Source: Octopus sinensis (taxonomy: Eukaryota). From it: a DNA stretch of 64,000 nt. The notes beneath the pieces were generated by a model. That model was not told the origin of the DNA. It ran no database searches and worked only from the letters and a program-made list of their open reading frames with translations. Below, piece by piece: positions 56,890-64,000 of the stretch. Position numbers and translations under genes: made by a program. The stretch's first letter is position 1; each line of letters begins with the position of its first letter. Location: the NCBI RefSeq assembly GCF_006345805.1, contig NC_043000.1, positions 90,582,001-90,646,000 of the forward strand, in the 5' to 3' direction.

Positions 56890-57449
56890 AGGGCAAACTA
56901 CATAGTAGTGCCACGCGCAAAAAGATGTCAAATGACTCTAAAACTGCCTTATTTATCCTATAGATACAGGCTGAAAGCGAGGGAAATGAACAAAAAAGAT
57001 TTTCTAAAAAATATTTAGCCATAGATCAATTGATTTCTAGTCTAGGGATATAACTTTCATTACCATCATCAATATGACTTAATACAACGTACATAAAATT
57101 AGAATACATGCTTGTATCACAGTGTAAATCTAGATAGTTCATCTCAGCCACGTGTGAATAACTAGATTTAAACGGCGTATATAGGTATGAACATTTGTAG
57201 ATTCACTGGGGATATGTTTATGTTCGTATGGTATGTATAAATTAAGTACGCTGTGTTATGTCATACTGATGGTGGTAAAGGAAGTTATATCCCTGAATTA
57301 GAAATTTATTGATCTATGGCTAAATATTAAAAAAAAAACTTTTTTGTTTATTTCCCTCGCTTTCAGCCGTGTCTATGTGATAAATAAGGTAATTTTTGAG
57401 TCATTTGACATCTTCTTCTAGCATGTGGCACTACCATATAATTTGCCTT
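56890..57449. mobile_element. Palindromic fold-back MITE (Mutator-like)
   Basis: Imperfect inverted arms of ~260 bp, e.g. AAGATGTCAAATGACTC/GAGTCATTTGACATCTT, GGCTGAAAGCGAGGGAAAT/ATTTCCCTCGCTTTCAGCC, AATATTTAGCCATAGATCAAT/ATTGATCTATGGCTAAATATT. Confidence 0.85.
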
Positions 57450-57478
57450 CATTGATTATATATATATTGCTATATTTA

Positions 57479-57845
57479 GAGGCGCAATGGCCTAGTGGTT
57501 AGGGCAGCGGACTCGCGGTCATAGGATCGCGGTTTCGATTCCCAGACCGGGCGTTGTGAGTGTTTATTGAGCGAAAACACCTAAAGCTCCACGAGGCTCC
57601 GGCAGGGATGGTGGTGATCCCTGCTGTACTCTTTCACCACAACTTTCTCTCACTCTTACTTCCTGTTTCTGTTGTACCTGTATTTCAAAGGGCCGGCCTT
57701 GTCACGCTGAATATCCCCGAGAACTACGTTAAGGGTACACGTGTCTGTGGAGTGTTCAGCCACTTACACGTTAATTTCACGAGCAGGCTGTTCCGTTGAT
57801 CGGATCAACCGGAACCCTCGTCGTCGTAACCGACGGAGTGCTTCC
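57479..57845 (+). mobile_element. SINE family C (long-tail subtype), full length
   Basis: A/B boxes; 13-bp TSD ATTGCTATATTTA at 57466-57478 and 57846-57858. Confidence 0.93.
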
Positions 57846-58756
57846 ATTGCTATATTTATATTGCTATATTTCGTGATGCCAAATAAACACACGCACAATG
57901 TATTTGTTCTTTACATCAGATTTATTATTGTTCTTATTTTATATCCTTTGTCTGGAAATCTTTCGTCACACGTCCTGTGACCTCTTCAGCGATCCTCCAT
58001 CCCACGTGTTTCTTCCTGGTCTGTTTAGTCCATTCTCTATGTAGCATATGTAAATATTTAGCAGAAAAGCAGAAAAATCAGAGAGGCATAAATTTCCCAT
58101 GTAGTTCATACTTTGATTGTATTTATCATCCGCTTCATTATTATAAACGCCACCAAATGTTTTTTCACGTAATAGTGATGCATAATGAATTTTATTAATT
58201 TAAGTCAAGTAAATGTAAAAGTTATGTTTACCCAAATAATCAAGAATGGTATGTTATTTTTCAACCGATTATATACAGTCAATCCAAGTTGGATTTACGG
58301 CCTGTTAGAGTTTCATGATGTGTTATTAACCGAGCTCTTAACTACAGATGATTTATTCTTTGATGGTTATACAACAATTCTCTATGACTGAGAGACCTTC
58401 GGGTGAAACCAAAAATATTTTTTCACATTCACAGTTATGAATTAAAATACAGACACACATTAAAAATAAGAACGCAGTAAAAACAGAACGCAAACCATGG
58501 ATATCTATACACATTAATTATGTTTGGTCACCAAAAGTTACATAGTAACTCAAGGATGAAGAGTTTCGTGAATGGCACTTACCAAACTATAAATATTTTT
58601 GAGCCTTGAATCACTTTGTAACTTCTCCCAGTTAAAAATGTAAGTACACACATACACACACATACACATATATAGTGTAGATCCAAATACAACACAGAAA
58701 GAACAAGTTTTAACAAATACGCAAGTGGTTTTATGCTTTAATGGAAAGAGAAAATG

Positions 58757-58792
58757 TCATAAAGTTTCGGATGTTAGTCCTTCATCAGAAGA
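58757..58792 (-). ncRNA. Degenerate minimal hammerhead motif
   Basis: Minus strand TCTT-CTGATGA-A-GGA[CTAACA]TCC-GAAA-CTTT-ATGA; core intact, helix III and helix I each carry a mismatch. Confidence 0.55.
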
Positions 58793-58997
58793 GAGAATCA
58801 AAGTGGGAGTGGGAAAGAAGGACAGACAGCAAAGAAAAGCAGCAGAAATGTTAGAAACCAAGTGCAAATACTCTTCTAAAGTGGGTGTATTTAAAAGAGG
58901 AAGTAAAGGATAGGTGTCTATATGCAAACATAAAAATACATTTGTGTCTAGAAGCAGGCGTAAGTGTGTTTTAATGTGTGTGTATATATGTGTATGT

Positions 58998-59246
58998 GGA
59001 GGCGCGTGGCTTAGTGGTTAGGGTTTCAGCATCATGATCATAAGATTGTGGTTTCGATTCCTGGACCGGGCGACGCGTTGTGTTCTTGAGCAAAACACTT
59101 AATTTCACGTTGCTGCAGTCCACTCAGCAGGCAAAAAGGAGTAACGCTGCCATGGACTGACGTCCCGTCCAGCTGGGGAACACATACGCCATTGAAACCG
59201 GGAAACCGGGCCCATGAGCTTGGCTAGGCTTTAAAAAGGGCGCATT
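58998..59246 (+). mobile_element. SINE family C-related with V-SINE-like 3' region
   Basis: TGGCTTAGTGG A-box, GGTTTCGATTCC B-box; tail shared with 5329-5646. Confidence 0.9.
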
Positions 59247-59395
59247 AATTTTTTTATATGTGTAGAGATGTGAATGTTTTGAAGCATAGTGGCCCAGGAT
59301 AGTGGAGGTATTGAGTATTAAGTATGTGTGTGTGTATGTGAGTGTGTGTATGTGTGTGTATGTGTGTCTATGTGTGTGTGTGTATGTGTGTGTAT

Positions 59396-59436
<41 letters not shown>

Positions 59437-59586
59437 CGTGTAATCGTTTGGTGGGTGGTGAGAAAGCAAGTATGTAAATTATTGAGAGCGGGCGCTAGTG
59501 TGAGAGAAAATATTACTCGGGACGAAATGGAATTGTAAAAGCAATATGGTAAGTGTGATAGACGTGTGTGTGTGCATGTCTGTGTG

Positions 59587-59628
<42 letters not shown>

Positions 59629-60814
59629 TGTGTGAGAAAATGTGTGTGTATATGTGTGTGTACGTGGGTATTAGAAAATTACATATGAGTATGAATTTTT
59701 TTAACATAGAAGAAAGATCTAAATTAAAATGTGAAAAGAAGAAAAACAAAAAAAAAGGATGAATTCTATGAAGAGAAGAAAAGAAAGTGACAAAAAAATT
59801 ATAAAAACACTGTAAAAGGCCCGAAAACTTTGATAGAGATTCAAAGTATTGTAATAAACTGGTAAAATCCACTGAGAAGAGACAACCGTGACGGGAGGCT
59901 GATAAAGTTCACGGAGAAGAAATAACTGTTTTGAACAGGTTTAAAGCGGGAAATGACACCTGTAGAGCAAAAATATTTTGGACGCTCGTGGTATAAAAAA
60001 ATATGGCGATGTATGTAGAATTTTTTTGGAGGAAGTAGAATGGAGAATAATGGGAAGGAGGCAGCAAGATAAGCATCTGTGTGTAATTGTGTGTTTTGTG
60101 TGTGTGTGTGTGTGTGTGTGTCTGCTGGCAAGTTAACGAATAAATAACGTTGAAGTAAAGGTGACAAACGATTTGCAGCTGTTAACCAATGCAGGGGTGG
60201 AAAAGTGAGGCAGAATGTATGTTATGTGTGTGTGTGCGATTGTGTGTGAATGTGTGTGTGTATGGTGAGTATACCTCTGCATACCGGTGTGTGTATAAAT
60301 GCGTGTATATGGGTGTATAAGTGGAGAGTGGAGAACGTAGATATGGGAGGGCCAGTGTGTATACGTGTATGCGTGTGCACGTATAAAAAGGGTGGCTTAA
60401 TGTGGGCGTGTGTTTACCCACGTGCTGATGTGTGTGTGTAGGTGTCACAGACAAAATAGTGGGCGAATAAATGTATGTATACGTACGTGTGCGTGAGTTT
60501 GCATGATGATATGTGTGCATGTGTGTGCGTGTGTGAGCGTTCGAATGTGCATCTGTATGTCAAGAAGACAAGATGACAGAAGAAAAGAAATGTGTGTATA
60601 TGTGTTTATGTGTGCGTGTAAGCGAACTGCGTGATTGCATGGGGGAAGGATGGTCTAAGAAGGATGTTTATATGTGGAAGATGTGTTAGTGTGAGGAGCA
60701 AGAAGAGAGTTGTGGAAGAGTACGTGGCTCGATGCTGGGTGGGAAAGAGAAGGAGTAGCAAGAGGAAGAGTTATGTAGTTCTGAAGCAGGTGGGAAGAAA
60801 AGGCAGACTAAAAA

Positions 60815-61185
60815 TACTGAGTTGGTAAATTAAGACCGAAATGCATATACGTTTGAAGAAAGTGAACTCCCGATTCCCCTGAAAAGTGAATGGTCGGACA
60901 ACTAGTACTGTTGGCCAAGCCGTTAACCGAGAGATGTCATATGGTATGGTCGGCGGAGCGGCAATGTCGAGAGACATGCGACTTGTTGACAAATCTGATA
61001 TTCCTGTGGTGCTCTGCAAACCTGTCGGACAGTCGGCGACCAGTTTGCTCCATGTTGATCAAATTGCAGAAGGAACATTGGAGCGCATATATGAGGTTGT
61101 TAGTGGCATATCAAAAAGTGTCCAAAATAGGGACGATGCGGTGGTTGTGTCCGGTGCAGGTGATGCTGTTGTAAAGGAAGGCTAG
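60815..61185 (-). pseudogene. Penelope-like GIY-YIG endonuclease remnant
   Basis: Minus strand NNLIYALQCSFCNLINMEQTGRRLSDRFAEHHRNIR...VSRHC..ADH with in-frame stops. Confidence 0.85.
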
Positions 61186-61747
61186 CTGATCGAACAAAAC
61201 ATCTGGTCAACACACCTGCAATACATTAAGTTTCTATTTTTGTTTGATTCGAAACTTCAAAACGATTTAAAATTTCAAAAGAGTTGTAGATTTAATAATC
61301 GATATATTAAGCAAGCCACGAGTTACGAACCACGGGGAAAGACATGAGCAACTTGAGCTAATGAGGAAGCTCGGTCTCTTAGAAGTGTATGCACAGTCTT
61401 TCTCAAATTACGCCTCACGACCCTAGGAAAACATTATAATGTATGTCCGTAGAAAAGATGGGATAATCATAGATGGGATGCTTTTGGCCATACATATATC
61501 ATATATCATGTGAGTGTGTATGAGTGGTGTGTGTACATGTGCATCTGGGTGTATGTGTGTATATATGCATATTTTAATATATATATATGTGTGTGTGTGT
61601 ATATATGTGTGTATGTGTGTGTTACGTGAACAGGGTTAATGTGGAACTACACTACTATTCCTCTTCCGATAATGGCTATGGGAATGATGTCGATTGAGAT
61701 TATGACAATGGTAATGGTAATGTGGTAGATGCAAATAAACATACAGG

Positions 61748-61812
<65 letters not shown>
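61748..61812. repeat. (ACT)n microsatellite
   Basis: Direct reading. Confidence 0.97.
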
Positions 61813-62447
61813 TAAATTTTGATAATGACGATGATGATGTCCATTATGAGGTTTCTAAAATATTATAGTTTATATTTAACCAAAACGTAAGAAATTAAGT
61901 TAAAAAAACCGCCTAGTAAATGAAAACAAATTTTTCTCTGTTTTGGCATGCTGCTAATATTGCTGTTGATAATATAGCGTATTGTTATTTTTGTTGCGAT
62001 TGCTATTGTTGCTTTTGAATCGATCTAGCGATACTATTTCTCTTGTTGTTGTTGTTGTTTATCGTATTGTTGTTGTTTTTTTAATTCAGAACCCATATAT
62101 TAACCAGCTGCCTTTTACAATATCGAATTCTATTCTTAAACAATAATGAAAACTGATGAAATCACAGGGGTGAAACTCATTGACTATGGTGGTGGTGTGA
62201 GTGAGAATAGTGGCACTGGTGCTGCTGCTAGTAGTGCAGGTAACAGTAATGATAGTGACATTAGTGATAATGCTGTTGTTGTTGTTAGTGGGGATAGTAA
62301 TGTTGATGTTGGTGGTGGAAAGGGTGGTGAAAGCGGTATTAATGGTGTTGGTGATAATGGTCTTAATATTGGTTGGTACTAATGTCCGCAGGGATACGAG
62401 GTTTGAACGAGGTTTCAAAATATATCTGGGCTTTTGTGTACTGGCGT

Positions 62448-62523
62448 GGAGGTGCAATGGCCCAGTGGTTAAGGCAGCGGGTTCGCGGTCGGAGGATCTC
62501 GGTTTCGATTCCCAGTCCGAGCA
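62448..62523 (+). mobile_element. Isolated tRNA-like head of SINE family C
   Basis: GGAGGTGCAATGGCCCAGTGGTTAAGG...GGTTTCGATTCCC. Confidence 0.8.
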
Positions 62524-62555
62524 TGTCTGATGCAGAAGTTGCTATTTAGCGATTC

Positions 62556-62770
62556 TTTATTCTTTTGCTTGTTTCAGTCACTTGACTGCGGCCATGCCGG
62601 AGCACCACCTTGAAGGGTTCTAGTCAAATAAATCGACCCAAGGACTTATTTTTTAAAGCCTTGTACTTATCCCATAGTTCTCTTTCGTCGAACTGCTAGA
62701 ATACGGCGACGTAAACACACCAGCACCGATTGTTAGGCGGTGATGAGGGACAAACACAGACACAAAGACA
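62556..62770 (-). mobile_element. SINE family A 3' half
   Basis: Reverse-complement tail motifs. Confidence 0.85.
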
Positions 62771-62904
62771 CACACACATACACACACACACATATATATA
62801 ATACATAGACACACATTTATGTATGTATGTATTATGTATGTATGTATGTATGTATGTATGTATGTATGTATTTATGTATGTATGTATGCATGTATGTATG
62901 TATG

Positions 62905-62984
<80 letters not shown>

Positions 62985-63088
62985 TAATCCAAACAAAAAA
63001 ACACAGAAAAAAGAGAGAAAAAAACACAGCAACGCAGGACGTGGAACAATTAAAGTATTATTGACGCTCAGGAAAGAAGGGAAGGAGG

Positions 63089-63123
63089 GTTTAACGTTTC
63101 GAGCGGAGCTCTTCGTCGGAAAC
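63089..63123 (-). ncRNA. Minimal type I hammerhead (U4C variant), unit 1
   Basis: Minus strand GTTT-CCGACGA-A-GAGC[TCC]GCTC-GAAA-C-GTT-AAAC. Confidence 0.75.
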
Positions 63124-63221
63124 AAGGAGAAGGAAAGATCCCAAGAAGGGAGACAGAGGAAAAAATATTTGAGCTGGTGGTGCTCAAGAGATCACACACA
63201 CACACACCACACACACACACA

Positions 63222-63311
<90 letters not shown>

Positions 63312-63419
63312 AAGTTAATCCAAACAAAAAAACACAGAAAAAAGAGAGAAAAAAACACAGCAACGCAGGACGTGGAACAATTAAAGTATTATTGACGCTC
63401 AGGAAAGAAGGGAAGGAGG

Positions 63420-63454
63420 GTTTAACGTTTCGAGCGGAGCTCTTCGTCGGAAAC
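63420..63454 (-). ncRNA. Minimal type I hammerhead (U4C variant), unit 2
   Basis: Identical to 63089-63123. Confidence 0.75.
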
Positions 63455-63523
63455 AAGGAGAAGGAAAGATCCCAAGAAGGGAAGACAGAGGAAAAAATAT
63501 TTGAGCTGGTGGTGCTCAAGAGA

Positions 63524-63614
<91 letters not shown>

Positions 63615-63769
63615 CACGCGGGTGGGAAGGGGCTGTTGACACAATCGTTTCATTCACAAATTGAATTCGGTGATACCAGTTGCGGATTCTAGCTCGCTCT
63701 GATACTGAGTTGAGTTGGTGCCTTCTGGTATCTCAAAATTCAATATATAATCATTTATGATTATAGTAT

Positions 63770-63887
63770 TCTACGCTGAAGAGAAAAGAAGTTTCGGTAA
63801 GATAGAATTATTTATTATTTATTTAATATTTAATATTTAGTTCTTATGCTTTCCTAAAAACTTGATTTCGAAACGTACGTCCGTGGA
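63770..63887 (+). ncRNA. Type I hammerhead ribozyme with canonical core and long AU-rich helix II
   Basis: TCTACG-CTGAAGA-GAAA[~80 nt]TTTC-GAAA-C-GTAC-GTC-CGTGGA: 6-bp helix I, palindromic ACGTACGT helix III, GUC cleavage after 63881. Confidence 0.82.
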
Positions 63888-64000
63888 TAACTAAAAAAAT
63901 GTATGATAGATTGCAGTCAATTCATTCTCTCTTACCTGTTTGTGTCTGCCTTCCAAATGCTGTTTTTACTGAGATCTCCCTTTTTAGTAGAAGAAATAGC

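Larger units (their letters stand above)
62980..63525 (-). repeat. Tandem 331-bp-period pLTR/retrozyme-like repeat, one hammerhead per unit
   Basis: 62980-63192 and 63311-63525 nearly identical, separated by (CA)n(TA)n. Confidence 0.9.

Overview
Repeat-saturated, AT-rich eukaryotic non-coding DNA. The SINE families and microsatellite density suggest a coleoid cephalopod such as Octopus (inferred from recognition, not a search). No intact host gene is visible: most of the ORF track is microsatellite read-through, and the rest is transposon remnants or unsupported short ORFs. Contents: many tRNA-derived SINEs of at least four families; Tc1/mariner remnants and MITEs; hAT, Mutator-like and Helitron-like non-autonomous elements; RTE, HERO-like and R4/Dong-like LINE fragments; and Penelope-like (GIY-YIG) fragments. 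The main hidden signal is nine type I hammerhead ribozyme motifs plus three partial remnants. Most have a minimal palindromic helix III, so they should cleave as dimers. Recurrent core variants include CCGANGA, an extra A before helix II and GUU cleavage sites. They occur in Penelope 3' ends, in two tandem 331/360-bp retrozyme-like repeats and inside a tRNA-headed SINE-like element. Also notable are an R4/Dong-like LINE family that appears to target (CATA)n strand-specifically and a candidate 6-nt microexon with a textbook branch point. All alignments and folds were done by eye; no activity has been tested.
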